Shown here: piece by piece, positions 20,410-31,493 of the stretch
How the letters are laid out: every line of letters begins with the position of its first letter
Numbering within the stretch: position 1 is the stretch's first letter
Source: Candidatus Nanopelagicus sp.
GTDB lineage: Bacteria; Actinomycetota; Actinomycetes; Nanopelagicales; Nanopelagicaceae
Reading direction: 5' to 3'
Assembly (NCBI GenBank): GCA_044347205.1
Contig: JBIIXT010000001.1
Coordinates: forward strand, 12,988 to 76,987
DNA length: 64,000 nt
Notes under the pieces: model-generated
Databases searched by the model: none
Told to the model about the DNA's origin: nothing
What the model saw: only the letters and a program-made list of their open reading frames with translations
Made by a program: the position numbers and the translations under genes

Positions 20410-21249
20410 ATGCCGGAGTTACCAGAAGTTGAAACGGTAAGAGCTGGGCTAGCTAAGTATGTAATTGGCAAAAAGATTTTAAGTGCAGCCACCCTTCATC
20501 CCAGAGCGCTAAAGCCAGCATCAATTGCACCAGTTTCAGCCTTAATTGGCAGCAAGATTCTGGATGTTAATCGGCGCGGGAAATTTCTCTGGCTTAAATT
20601 AGATCGCCCAATCTGCCTAGTTGTTCACCTTGGAATGAGCGGACAATTATTGGTGGCACCAACTACGACAGCGCCCCATAAACACATGCGAGCGCAATTT
20701 AATTTATCAGCTGCAAAGTTTGCTAAGCCGGGCAATCAGATTAGATTTGTTGATCAACGCACCTTTGGTTGGGTCAGTGTTGAAGAGTATGTGGGTGATG
20801 TTCCAAGCTCGGTATCGCATATTGCACTAGATCCCTTTGAAGATAACTTTGATATTGATGCAGTAGTTACCAAGATTAAAAAGCGAAAATCTGCGATTAA
20901 GCCAGCTCTATTAAATCAGGAGATTGTTAGTGGGGTTGGAAATATTTATGCCGATGAGGCGCTATGGCGCAGCAAGATTCACCCGGAGATAATTTGTGAA
21001 GATTTGAGTAAGAAGGAGATCAAGGCGGTTATTAATTGCGCAGTGGATGTAATGCGGGAGGCGATTTCAGCCGGTGGCACCTCATTTGATGAGCAGTATA
21101 AAAATGTTAATGGTGAGAGTGGCTACTTTGAAAGATCACTAGCTGTGTATGGCCAGGAGGGTGAGCCATGCCCTAGATGTGGCAATACGATCGCCAGAAT
21201 TGCCTTTGCTAATCGCTCCTCACATCTTTGCCAGCGTTGCCAGCCGTAA
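20410..21249 (+). CDS. mutM: Formamidopyrimidine-DNA glycosylase
   Basis: MPELPEVETV, RRGKFL, HLGMSG, GVGNIYADE, C-terminal zinc finger. Confidence 0.97.
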   Translation: MPELPEVETVRAGLAKYVIGKKILSAATLHPRALKPASIAPVSALIGSKILDVNRRGKFLWLKLDRPICLVVHLGMSGQLLVAPTTTAPHKHMRAQFNLSAAKFAKPGNQIRFVDQRTFGWVSVEEYVGDVPSSVSHIALDPFEDNFDIDAVVTKIKKRKSAIKPALLNQEIVSGVGNIYADEALWRSKIHPEIICEDLSKKEIKAVINCAVDVMREAISAGGTSFDEQYKNVNGESGYFERSLAVYGQEGEPCPRCGNTIARIAFANRSSHLCQRCQP

Positions 21250-21289
21250 GTAGCGGTAATTTCGAGCAGTTTTTGGATAGGTTGCGCCT

Positions 21290-24200
21290 ATGTATTTGAA
21301 GAGTATGAACCTTAAGGGATTCAAATCCTTTGCCTCTTCTACCACCTTAAATTTTGAACCTGGCATCACCTGTGTGGTTGGTCCAAATGGTTCCGGAAAA
21401 TCAAATGTGGTCGATGCCCTCTCTTGGGTAATGGGAGAGCAGGGCGCTAAATCATTACGAGGCGGAAAAATGGAGGATGTTATTTTCGCCGGCACCAGTG
21501 GCCGTGCTCCACTTGGTCGCGCTGAGGTTTCAGTAACAATTGATAACGCCGATGGCGTTCTACCAATTGATTTTGCAGAAGTAACAATTACTCGTGTGTT
21601 ATTTCGCAATGGCTCATCGGAGTATCAATTAAATGGTGAGACAACGAGATTACTTGATATTCAAGAGTTGCTTAGTGATAGCGGTATTGGCCGGGAGATG
21701 CATGTAATCGTTGGTCAAGGCCAGCTCGATGCAATCTTGCTTGCAAACCCCGAGGAGCGCAGAGCTTTTATTGAAGAGGCAGCGGGAGTACTTAAGCATC
21801 GAAAGCGTAAAGAGAAGGCAATTCGCAAATTAGACTCAATGCAAACCAATTTGGCACGTATTCAAGATCTAACAGTTGAATTACGCAGGCAATTAAAACC
21901 ACTTGGCAAACAAGCCGAAGTTGCTCGCAAAGCATCAGTAATTCAATCTGATGTGCGTGATGCAAAGCTGCGGTTATTAGCTGATGATTTAATAACTTTA
22001 AAGAACTCCTTCAGCGTGGATGAGGCGGATGAGAACTCATTACGCGCTCGCAAAGAATCAGTTGAAGCTGAGTTAGAGGCTATGAGGTTGCGGGAGGAAG
22101 AGTTAGATCGAAACTCAGCAACTGAGAACCCACTTCTAGTTAAAGCACAAGAGAATTTTTATCGATTAACTGCCCAACGCGAGAAGTTTCGTGGCGTGCA
22201 GAATTTATCTTCAGAGCGTGCAAGATTTTTATCAGAGGAGGCGGAGGAGGCTAGATCTGCCGGCCGCGATCCAGAGGCATTAGATAGTGAAGCAAAAATT
22301 CTGCGTGAGCAGCAACAAGGATTTGAACGTGAATTAAATGCAGCAAAATCGCAATTATCTCTTGATACAACAGCGTTAGAAGAGATTGAAGAAAACTTAT
22401 CATTAGAAGAGAGTTCTGTATCAGCATCACTACGAGCAATTGCAGATCAGCGCGAAGGAACTGCTCGACAAGAGGGACACATAAATGGATTAAAGGCGAG
22501 AATTGATGCAACTAATGCAGAGGTAACTCGATTAACTACCTCACTTAATCAAGCTAACTCCAGATTAAAAGGGTATCAAGAAGATTTTGCATTACTTGAA
22601 ACTCAGATTGCAAGTGTTGGTGCGTCAGAGCCTGGCTTGGACTCTCAATTTGAAAATGCAAAAAATGAGTTAGCAAGTGCACAAAAGTTTTTTGACCAAG
22701 TTAAGGAGCGACGAGATGCGGCTGAAAAATTACGTGCCGGCTCACTTGGTCGCCTATCAGCTTTTAAAGAGATTATTGAGCTAGTTCGCAGTTCAGCTAA
22801 TGCCGAACTAATTGCAAAGATTCAATCTCTAACTACTGATTCTGAAGGTGAAGCTAGTAAATTATCCGCTGATTGTGACCGGATTAAATTTGAAATTACC
22901 TCTGCCCAAGATCAAATTGCGCAAAATCAATCTCATTATGATCAGGTTCTGGCGAAACTAAATGAGTCTGATGCACGGATGAATGGCCTAGCTGAGCAGA
23001 TGGCAGTTGCTGGTCAAAACGTTAAGAGTGCGCAAGGTGAAATAGAGCGGCTTGCTTCATCAATTACTGAGGCAACTACTCAACGCACCTCAGATGAGCG
23101 AGATTTAACTGCAGCGATTTCACAATTTGAATCACAAAGTGAACCACGGGAACCAGATTTAACTCACCTTGAAGATTTGCGAACAAAAGTTTCAAATGCG
23201 CGCTCCAAAGAGGTTGAATCTAGATTACATCTGCGCACAGTTGAAGAGAGAATCACTGCAATTTCACAACGTGCCCAAGCACTAGAAGATGCCGCGCAAA
23301 GTGAGCGAGATTCAGCAAGCAAGGCGGTCTCTCGAAGAGATGCTCGCGCAAAGGCGGCAATTACAGCGCAACAAATTGCAGATGCCGCATATGAAGCATT
23401 AATCCAAATCGAATCCTCGATCTTAAGAGCGGGCGCTGAACGCGAGCGATTAGAGCAAGCCAGAGCCGAGCGTGAGGGTGAAATATTAAGTATTCGTGGC
23501 AGCAGTCGAGAGTTAGCAACTGAACTTGAGCGGTTAACTTCTAGTGTTCATAAAGATGAGATTGCTCGCGCAGAACAGCGACTTCGTATTGAACAATTAG
23601 AGATTAAAACGGTGGAGGAGCTTGGCGTGGATGTGGTCACCCTTGTTTCTGAGTATGGGCCAAGTAATGATGTGCCAACATTTATTGAAAATGAAGAGGG
23701 AGAGTTTGTTCCTGGTGAGTTAATTCCATACCGCCGAGATCAACAAGAGAAACGATTAGCCCAAGCAGAGCGTTCATTGACCTTACTTGGCAAGATTAAT
23801 CCGCTAGCACTTGAGGAGTACTCCTCACTTGAAGAGCGACTACGTTACTTAGCTGAGCAGCTAGAGGATTTGAAAAAGACTAAGCGAGATTTACTTGAGA
23901 TCATCAAAGAGGTTGATGATCGAGTGCAGCAGATATTTACCCAAGCATATGAAGATACCGCCCGTGAGTTTGAGCTAGTTTTTGCAAGATTATTCCCAGG
24001 TGGTGATGGTCGATTAATTTTAACTAATCCATCCGATATGTTGACATCTGGAGTTGATGTTGAAGCACGACCACCAGGAAAGCGCGTAAAGCGGTTATCA
24101 CTTCTATCAGGTGGTGAGCGATCATTAGTTGCAGTTGCATTGTTAATCGCAATTTTCAAAGCCAGACCTTCACCATTTTACGTAATGGATGAGGTTGAAG

Positions 24201-24397
24201 CAGCACTTGATGATACAAACCTGGGTAGATTACTTGGCGTATTTGAAGAGCTACGAGAGAAATCTCAATTAATTATTATTACCCACCAAAAGCGAACAAT
24301 GGAGATTGCCGATGCACTTTACGGAGTAACCATGCGCGGTGATGGCGTATCAGAGGTTATCTCCCAACGTATTCGCGAAGTTGATGCAGTTTCTTAA
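21290..24397 (+). CDS. smc: Chromosome segregation protein SMC (apparently hinge-less)
   Basis: GFKSFA, GPNGSGKSN Walker A, GQGQ Q-loop, LSGGE signature, VMDEVEAALD Walker B/D-loop, ITHQKRTM; mutM-smc-ftsY context. Confidence 0.95.
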   Translation: MYLKSMNLKGFKSFASSTTLNFEPGITCVVGPNGSGKSNVVDALSWVMGEQGAKSLRGGKMEDVIFAGTSGRAPLGRAEVSVTIDNADGVLPIDFAEVTITRVLFRNGSSEYQLNGETTRLLDIQELLSDSGIGREMHVIVGQGQLDAILLANPEERRAFIEEAAGVLKHRKRKEKAIRKLDSMQTNLARIQDLTVELRRQLKPLGKQAEVARKASVIQSDVRDAKLRLLADDLITLKNSFSVDEADENSLRARKESVEAELEAMRLREEELDRNSATENPLLVKAQENFYRLTAQREKFRGVQNLSSERARFLSEEAEEARSAGRDPEALDSEAKILREQQQGFERELNAAKSQLSLDTTALEEIEENLSLEESSVSASLRAIADQREGTARQEGHINGLKARIDATNAEVTRLTTSLNQANSRLKGYQEDFALLETQIASVGASEPGLDSQFENAKNELASAQKFFDQVKERRDAAEKLRAGSLGRLSAFKEIIELVRSSANAELIAKIQSLTTDSEGEASKLSADCDRIKFEITSAQDQIAQNQSHYDQVLAKLNESDARMNGLAEQMAVAGQNVKSAQGEIERLASSITEATTQRTSDERDLTAAISQFESQSEPREPDLTHLEDLRTKVSNARSKEVESRLHLRTVEERITAISQRAQALEDAAQSERDSASKAVSRRDARAKAAITAQQIADAAYEALIQIESSILRAGAERERLEQARAEREGEILSIRGSSRELATELERLTSSVHKDEIARAEQRLRIEQLEIKTVEELGVDVVTLVSEYGPSNDVPTFIENEEGEFVPGELIPYRRDQQEKRLAQAERSLTLLGKINPLALEEYSSLEERLRYLAEQLEDLKKTKRDLLEIIKEVDDRVQQIFTQAYEDTAREFELVFARLFPGGDGRLILTNPSDMLTSGVDVEARPPGKRVKRLSLLSGGERSLVAVALLIAIFKARPSPFYVMDEVEAALDDTNLGRLLGVFEELREKSQLIIITHQKRTMEIADALYGVTMRGDGVSEVISQRIREVDAVS

Positions 24398-24407
24398 AGT
24401 TTTATAG

Positions 24408-25244
24408 ATGAGTTTGTTTAAGCGTTTATTTAACGCAGTTAAAAGTGGAACACTTACCCAAGCAGATTGGGATGAAATCCGTAGTAATTTAATTGACTCA
24501 GATCTGGGCGTTAAATTAGTTGATGAAGTCATTGCCATCGCCAAGGCCAGTAAACCAGATGATGCCCAGCGCGCGATCTCTGATGAAATCAGGAGTTGGC
24601 TAAGTGCAAAATCTAGAGAGATTGCTGCGCCAAGTGATAGTTTAACTCCGATTTTATTAGTTGGCGTTAATGGAGTTGGTAAAACAACAACTTGTGCAAA
24701 AATAGCAAATTTATTACAAAAAAATAATTACAGCGTTAAGTTAGCCGCAGCAGATACATTCAGGGCCGCAGCAGTTGAACAGTTGCAAAGCTGGGGGCAG
24801 CGCTTAAATATTGAGGTGGTTTCTGGCAAAGCCAATAGTGATCCAGCCTCAGTTGTATTTGAGGCTACAACCTCGGCCATTGCAGCAAATTGTGATTACC
24901 TAATCATTGATACTGCCGGAAGATTACATACCAAGCAGGGATTAATGGATGAGCTGGGTAAAGTAATTCGAGTGGTCGAAAAACAACAGCCGGTTAAAGA
25001 GATTTTATTGGTAATTGATGCAACAACTGGTCAAAATGGAATTAATCAGGCACTTACATTCATTGAAGCGGTGAATGTGACTGGTTTTATTATCACTAAA
25101 TTAGATGGCAGCGCTAAAGGCGCGATTGCATTGGCAATTGAGCGAAGGAGCGGGTTACCCATTAAATTCATTGGAACCGGGGAGCAGGTAGGGGACTTGC
25201 AAGCATTTGATCCCGAGCAGTTCATCGGCTCACTTTTTACGTAA
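24408..25244 (+). CDS. ftsY: SRP receptor FtsY (NG domain only)
   Basis: GVNGVGKTTT, DTFRAAA, DTAGR, TKLDGSAKG. Confidence 0.95.
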   Translation: MSLFKRLFNAVKSGTLTQADWDEIRSNLIDSDLGVKLVDEVIAIAKASKPDDAQRAISDEIRSWLSAKSREIAAPSDSLTPILLVGVNGVGKTTTCAKIANLLQKNNYSVKLAAADTFRAAAVEQLQSWGQRLNIEVVSGKANSDPASVVFEATTSAIAANCDYLIIDTAGRLHTKQGLMDELGKVIRVVEKQQPVKEILLVIDATTGQNGINQALTFIEAVNVTGFIITKLDGSAKGAIALAIERRSGLPIKFIGTGEQVGDLQAFDPEQFIGSLFT

Positions 25245-25287
25245 CAAGAAATTAACACAACCCAGCCTTTTGTCACCTGATCGAAAT
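25241..25287 (+). promoter_or_regulatory. Putative GlnR boxes upstream of amtB
   Basis: GTAAC-N6-TTAAC (25241-25256) and GTCAC-N6-GAAAT (25272-25287) resemble the actinobacterial GTnAC-n6-GAAAC site. Confidence 0.6.
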
Positions 25288-25379
25288 CATTTAAGCCAGA
25301 GGTTGTAATCCACTAAAGCCAAAATTTGCCCTATCTCAATGAGGAGAGATTTCTAGAAATTGGATTAGGTGGAAATTTC

Positions 25380-27019
<1,640 letters not shown>

Positions 27020-27038
27020 CTTAAGTAAGATACCGACC

Positions 27039-28469
27039 ATGTTTGAATCGCTAGGTCAGAAACTCTCGAAAGTATTTTCTGGCCTACGCGGCAAAGTAAA
27101 TGAAACAGATTTAAAGAATTTTGCAGCTGAGATCAAAGTAGCATTACTAGAATCTGATGTAGCCCAATCGGTGGCAGATAATTTTGCCAATCAAATCTTA
27201 AAAATTGCGCAAGAGCGATCTGATGAGATAAATAAATCAACAAATCCGGCGCAGAAAATATTTGAAATTGTTAATGCTCAATTAACTCAAACCTTGGGTG
27301 GTTCAGCCAGGCGCTTGCGCCATGCTAAAACTGGGCCAACGGTTATTTTACTTACCGGTTTACAGGGAGCTGGAAAAACCTCACTAGCTGGAAAATTAGC
27401 GAAGTATTTAAAGGATCAAGGAAATACACCATTACTAGTTGCATCTGATCTACAGCGATTAAATGCAGTTACACAATTACAAATTGTCGGACAATCAATC
27501 TCTGTCCCGGTATTTGCACCTGAACCAGGCAATGGTGTTGGTGATCCCGTTAAAGTGGCGAAGACGGGTGTGCAATTTGCTAAGGATAAAGTACACAACT
27601 TTGTAATTGTTGATACCGCCGGTCGGACAGGTATTGATCAAGAGTTAATGCAACAGGCGATCAAGGTCCGAGATGCCATTTCACCAGATGAAACTCTCTT
27701 TGTAGTTGATGCAATGATTGGTCAAGATGCAGTCAGAACCGCACAAGCCTTCTCCGAAGGCGTTGGCTTTGATGCAATAGTTTTAACGAAATTAGATGGT
27801 GATGCACGAGGTGGCGCCGCACTTTCCATCGTTGAGTTAACTGGTAAACCAATAATTTTCGTAGCAACGGGTGAGAAAGTTTCTGAGTTTGATCTTTTCT
27901 ACCCAGATCGCATGGCTTCTCGAATTTTGGGTATGGGAGATGTTGCCTCCTTAGCTGAACAAGCAAAGCGCTCAATGTCTAGTGATACAGCGGCAAAGCT
28001 AGAGCAGAAATTTGCTAGTGGTGATGATTTCACCTTTGAAGATTTTCTATCTCAACTTGAGGCGATGAAGAGCATGGGAAGTATGAGCAAGTTAATGGGC
28101 TTACTGCCGGGCTCTGGTGCGATGAAGAAGCAAATGGAAAATTTTGATGAGAGTGAATTAGTTAAAACAAGGGCAATTATTGAATCAATGACGCCACTTG
28201 AAAGAGCAGATCCAAAAGTTTTAAATGGTTCTAGGCGAGCAAGAATTTCACGGGGTAGCGGTAGAGCAATTAGTGAGATCAATTCATTAGTTGAAAGATT
28301 TAGTGGAGCGCAAAAAATGATGAAACAGATGCGAAATGGTGGGATGCCAGCCATGGGCGGCATGGGTGGATTAGGAAGTATGCCAAAAGCGATAAAAAAT
28401 AATCCACCGCCAAAGAAGAAATCCAGATCTGGAAATCCAGCAAAGCGGGCAGCAGAGGAAGGTAGCTGA
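27039..28469 (+). CDS. ffh: Signal recognition particle protein
   Basis: MFESL start, GLQGAGKT, DTAGR, TKLDGDARGGAALS, Met-rich M domain. Confidence 0.97.
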   Translation: MFESLGQKLSKVFSGLRGKVNETDLKNFAAEIKVALLESDVAQSVADNFANQILKIAQERSDEINKSTNPAQKIFEIVNAQLTQTLGGSARRLRHAKTGPTVILLTGLQGAGKTSLAGKLAKYLKDQGNTPLLVASDLQRLNAVTQLQIVGQSISVPVFAPEPGNGVGDPVKVAKTGVQFAKDKVHNFVIVDTAGRTGIDQELMQQAIKVRDAISPDETLFVVDAMIGQDAVRTAQAFSEGVGFDAIVLTKLDGDARGGAALSIVELTGKPIIFVATGEKVSEFDLFYPDRMASRILGMGDVASLAEQAKRSMSSDTAAKLEQKFASGDDFTFEDFLSQLEAMKSMGSMSKLMGLLPGSGAMKKQMENFDESELVKTRAIIESMTPLERADPKVLNGSRRARISRGSGRAISEINSLVERFSGAQKMMKQMRNGGMPAMGGMGGLGSMPKAIKNNPPPKKKSRSGNPAKRAAEEGS

Positions 28470-28515
28470 GCCTGCAATTTTGGAATATCCAGTGGTGCTG
28501 GCAAGATTAGCCTCC

Positions 28516-28606
28516 TGCTAATGGGACCCTCTAACCCATAGCAATATTTATCCGCAGGTCGTATTAATTTGTAAACGCCCCCGCTGTTTACATATAAATC
28601 ACAACC
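28516..28606 (+). promoter_or_regulatory. Structured 5' leader of rpsP (two hairpins with C-rich loops)
   Basis: TGCTA(A)TGGG/CCCATAGCA at 28516-28543 and TGTAAAC/GTTTACA at 28570-28592. Confidence 0.5.
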
Positions 28607-28629
28607 GATTATTTTTTACAGGGAGCTTT

Positions 28630-29166
28630 GTGTCAGTAAAGATCAAATTGATGCGTCTTGGAAAGATTCGCACACCGCACTACCGAATTGTGATTGCAGA
28701 TTCTCGTTCTGCCCGTAACTCAAAGGCGATCGAAGAGGTTGGTCGTTACTCACCAGCATCTGAACCATCTTTAATTGAAGTTAACTCAGATCGCATTCAA
28801 TATTGGATGGGTGTTGGTGCACAACCAACTGAGGCAGTGACTGCACTTCTAAAAATTACTGGAGATTACCAAAAGGCACATGATCTACCAGGCAAAGAGG
28901 GAACTTTAAAAGCTCTGCCAGTGCGAATTGAAAAGCGAGTTGCTTATGAAGCTGCTGTTAAAGAGGCGATGAATGAGCCAGCTGATGGTGCTACAACATT
29001 AAAGAAGAAGGCTGCTGAGAAGTTAGCGGCTAAAGCTGCGCCAGTTGTTGAAGCTGCAGTAGAAACACCAGCAGAAGTTGTTGCAGAAGCACCAGCAGAA
29101 GTTGTTGCAGAAGCACCAGCAGAAGTTGTTGCAGAAGCACCAGCTGAAGAAAAAGCTGCTGAGTAA
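28630..29166 (+). CDS. rpsP: 30S ribosomal protein S16 with long acidic C-terminal extension
   Basis: VKIKLMRLGK, YRIVIADSR, IEEVGRY, GAQPT. Confidence 0.97.
   Translation: MSVKIKLMRLGKIRTPHYRIVIADSRSARNSKAIEEVGRYSPASEPSLIEVNSDRIQYWMGVGAQPTEAVTALLKITGDYQKAHDLPGKEGTLKALPVRIEKRVAYEAAVKEAMNEPADGATTLKKKAAEKLAAKAAPVVEAAVETPAEVVAEAPAEVVAEAPAEVVAEAPAEEKAAE
29067..29138 (+). repeat. In-frame tandem repeat, 3 x 24 bp (PAEVVAEA), inside rpsP
   Basis: ACCAGCAGAAGTTGTTGCAGAAGC at 29067, 29091 and 29115, then a partial fourth copy. Confidence 0.95.
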
Positions 29167-29168
29167 TT

Positions 29169-29408
29169 ATGATTGACGAAGCACTTGAGCATTTAGTAAA
29201 AGGAATTGTCGATAACCCACAAGAGGTTGTAATTAGCGAGAAGAATCATCGCGGCGGTACAACTCTTGAGGTTCGCGTGCATCCAGAAGATATTGGCAAG
29301 GTAATTGGTCGCAATGGTCGAACAGCGCGTGCACTTCGCACAGTTGTAAGTGCTATCGCTGGACGATCAGTTCGTGTTGATTTAATCGAGGCGGACGAGG
29401 GTCGTTAA
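29169..29408 (+). CDS. khpA: KH-domain RNA-binding protein
   Basis: DIGKVIGRNGRTARALRTV; located between rpsP and rimM. Confidence 0.93.
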   Translation: MIDEALEHLVKGIVDNPQEVVISEKNHRGGTTLEVRVHPEDIGKVIGRNGRTARALRTVVSAIAGRSVRVDLIEADEGR

Positions 29409-29409
29409 T

Positions 29410-29910
29410 TTGCAACTTGTCGTAGGTCGTATTGGCCGCGCACATGGTGTTCAAGGCGAGGCAACTGTTGAAGTTAGAACAGATGATCCAGATCAACGTT
29501 TTGCAATAGGTGCAACACTTACCATTGAAAATAATCGCGTCCTTACAATTACCAATTCTCGCTGGCACAACCAAATACTTCTTCTAACCTTTGCTGGCAT
29601 TACCAATCGAGATCAAATCGAAAGCCTTCGGGATCAACTTTTACATTCTGAGGTAGATACTGAGGACAACTCACCTGGTGAGTACCACTTCCAGCAATTA
29701 ATTGGTTGTGCGGTTAAATTAGAAAACATGAAAGAGTTAGGTTTAGTTCGTGAAATCATCCAACTTCCTGGCCAGGACTTGCTGGCAATTGACACCCCAA
29801 ATGGTGAAGTTTTAATACCTATGGTTAAGCAAATAATTATCTCAGTAGATATCAGTGCAAAATTAATTGTAGTAAACCCACCAGAGGGGTTATTAGATGT
29901 TAAAAATTAA
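29410..29910 (+). CDS. rimM: Ribosome maturation factor RimM
   Basis: VGRIGRAHGVQGE, EVLIP, PPEGLL. Confidence 0.95.
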   Translation: MQLVVGRIGRAHGVQGEATVEVRTDDPDQRFAIGATLTIENNRVLTITNSRWHNQILLLTFAGITNRDQIESLRDQLLHSEVDTEDNSPGEYHFQQLIGCAVKLENMKELGLVREIIQLPGQDLLAIDTPNGEVLIPMVKQIIISVDISAKLIVVNPPEGLLDVKN

Positions 29911-30595
29911 TATCATTTCGATCTTTCCAGAGTATTTAAAGCCACTTGAATTATCCCTACTTGGCAAAGCTCAAGAAAAAGGTTTAATCTCAATTGATAT
30001 CCATGATCTTCGCAAGCACACAACCGATCCTCACCATTCAGTTGATGACACACCATATGGTGGTGGCGCCGGCATGGTGATGTCAGCTGAACCTTGGGGA
30101 CTTGCAATTGATGAAGTTAGTAAGAGTGAAGAGGAGTTTGATCTAATTGTTTTAACACCAGCTGGTAAAAAATTTGATCAGCAAATGGCGCTAAGTTTTT
30201 CAACAAAAACTAATTTAATCTTTGCCTGCGGTCGTTATGAGGGCATTGATGCTCGAGTTTCTAAGTATTATGCTGAAAAAAGAAATTTTAAGGTTCATGA
30301 AGTATCTATTGGAGATTATGTATTAGGTGGTGGTGAGGTGGCAACGATGGTGATCGTTGAGGCAACTGCAAGATTAATTCCAGGAGTATTGGGTAATCCA
30401 CAATCATTAAAAGAGGAAAGTCACACACTGACTAATAAAGATGGATCATTAGTTGAGTATCCAAACTACACAAAGCCAGCTAATTGGCGCGGCCTAGAAG
30501 TTCCTGAGATTTTGTTATCTGGAAATCACGGTGAGATTGAAAAATGGCGCATTAAAGAGGCTGAGCGCCGAACGCAAGCATTAGACAAGGAATAA
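29897..30595 (+). CDS. trmD: tRNA m1G37 methyltransferase
   Basis: DDTPYGGGAGMV, CGRYEGID, SIGDYVLGGGE, LLSGNH. Confidence 0.97.
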   Translation: MLKINIISIFPEYLKPLELSLLGKAQEKGLISIDIHDLRKHTTDPHHSVDDTPYGGGAGMVMSAEPWGLAIDEVSKSEEEFDLIVLTPAGKKFDQQMALSFSTKTNLIFACGRYEGIDARVSKYYAEKRNFKVHEVSIGDYVLGGGEVATMVIVEATARLIPGVLGNPQSLKEESHTLTNKDGSLVEYPNYTKPANWRGLEVPEILLSGNHGEIEKWRIKEAERRTQALDKE

Positions 30596-30705
30596 TCGCG
30601 ACACGCCTACGGTTGATTAGGTACTGACCCTACTTTTAGGGGATTATCCGCCCAAGTTAGAGCATTACTTAATGCTCAGATAAAGATGTAAAGGGAGGTG
30701 CAAAA

Positions 30706-31002
30706 ATGGCAACCGATTATGACACCCCCAGAAAAACCGATGAAGAGTTACATGAAGAATCACTTGAAGAGCTAAAGGCTAGACGTGCCGATGCGCAATC
30801 AGGTCAAGTTGATATTGATGAGGAAGAGGCGGCTGAAAGTTTAGAGCTACCCGGAGCTGATTTATCTGGTGAAGAGTTGGCGCTAAAGGTTGTGCCACGT
30901 CAAGAAGATGAATTTACTTGTAATAAATGTTTCCTAGTTAAACACATAAACCAAAAAGCTCGTGGTGAGGGTGCGAAGGCGATCTGTAAAGATTGTGAGT
31001 AG
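30706..31002 (+). CDS. DUF4193 family protein
   Basis: MATDYDTPRK, ELPGADLSGEEL, EFTCNKCFLVKH...CKDC. Confidence 0.88.
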   Translation: MATDYDTPRKTDEELHEESLEELKARRADAQSGQVDIDEEEAAESLELPGADLSGEELALKVVPRQEDEFTCNKCFLVKHINQKARGEGAKAICKDCE

Positions 31003-31018
31003 ATCACTCACCTTTTAA

Positions 31019-31468
31019 TCAGGAGAGTGCTTTGACTAGTTTTTTTGGATTTCTAGAGGAGATTAACCAGTAAGGCGTTGGATCTTTTTTGTCATTTAGT
31101 TCAACCTTAACGCCACTTTTTATCCAAAAATTAATTGCTAAAAATGCGGCTGGATCAGCGGCAACCCCGATCATTTTTTTGTATTCAAGCGGTGTTAAAG
31201 CAGTTGCTGATTTTATATATTTCAGATCAATCTTGGCTTTATTAACATGCAGTATTTGATTAGTAACACAGATTGTTGTTCGCATCTTGAGTGATAGTGC
31301 ATAAGCTGCGCAGAGTGCGATTGTGGTAATTATTATTGCCGCCAGGTTGCCCAACGGCGCCCAAATTGAAAGATAGATCGAAACACAAAGCATGGCGATA
31401 AAGGACCAGACCCCAATACCCCAGGATAATTGTTCAGAGAATTTTATACTTTTTGATTTATCATTCAT
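31019..31468 (-). CDS. DUF3093 family membrane protein
   Basis: Two TM helices, DPAAF, DPTPYWLISSRNP; divergent from the dut operon. Confidence 0.85.
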   Translation of the reverse strand: MNDKSKSIKFSEQLSWGIGVWSFIAMLCVSIYLSIWAPLGNLAAIIITTIALCAAYALSLKMRTTICVTNQILHVNKAKIDLKYIKSATALTPLEYKKMIGVAADPAAFLAINFWIKSGVKVELNDKKDPTPYWLISSRNPKKLVKALS

Positions 31469-31493
31469 ATCTAGGAAAGGATACGCTTACTTC

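Noticed and set aside
22860-22890. Rad50-type zinc hook replacing the SMC hinge
   Set aside because: Only one Cys (SADCDR) is present; there is no CxxC.
29067-29138. 24-bp repeats as a CRISPR array
   Set aside because: The copies are contiguous with no spacers and lie in frame inside rpsP.
30595-30706. Absence of rplS after trmD as gene loss
   Set aside because: More simply a rearrangement junction between core blocks; loss cannot be judged from one window.
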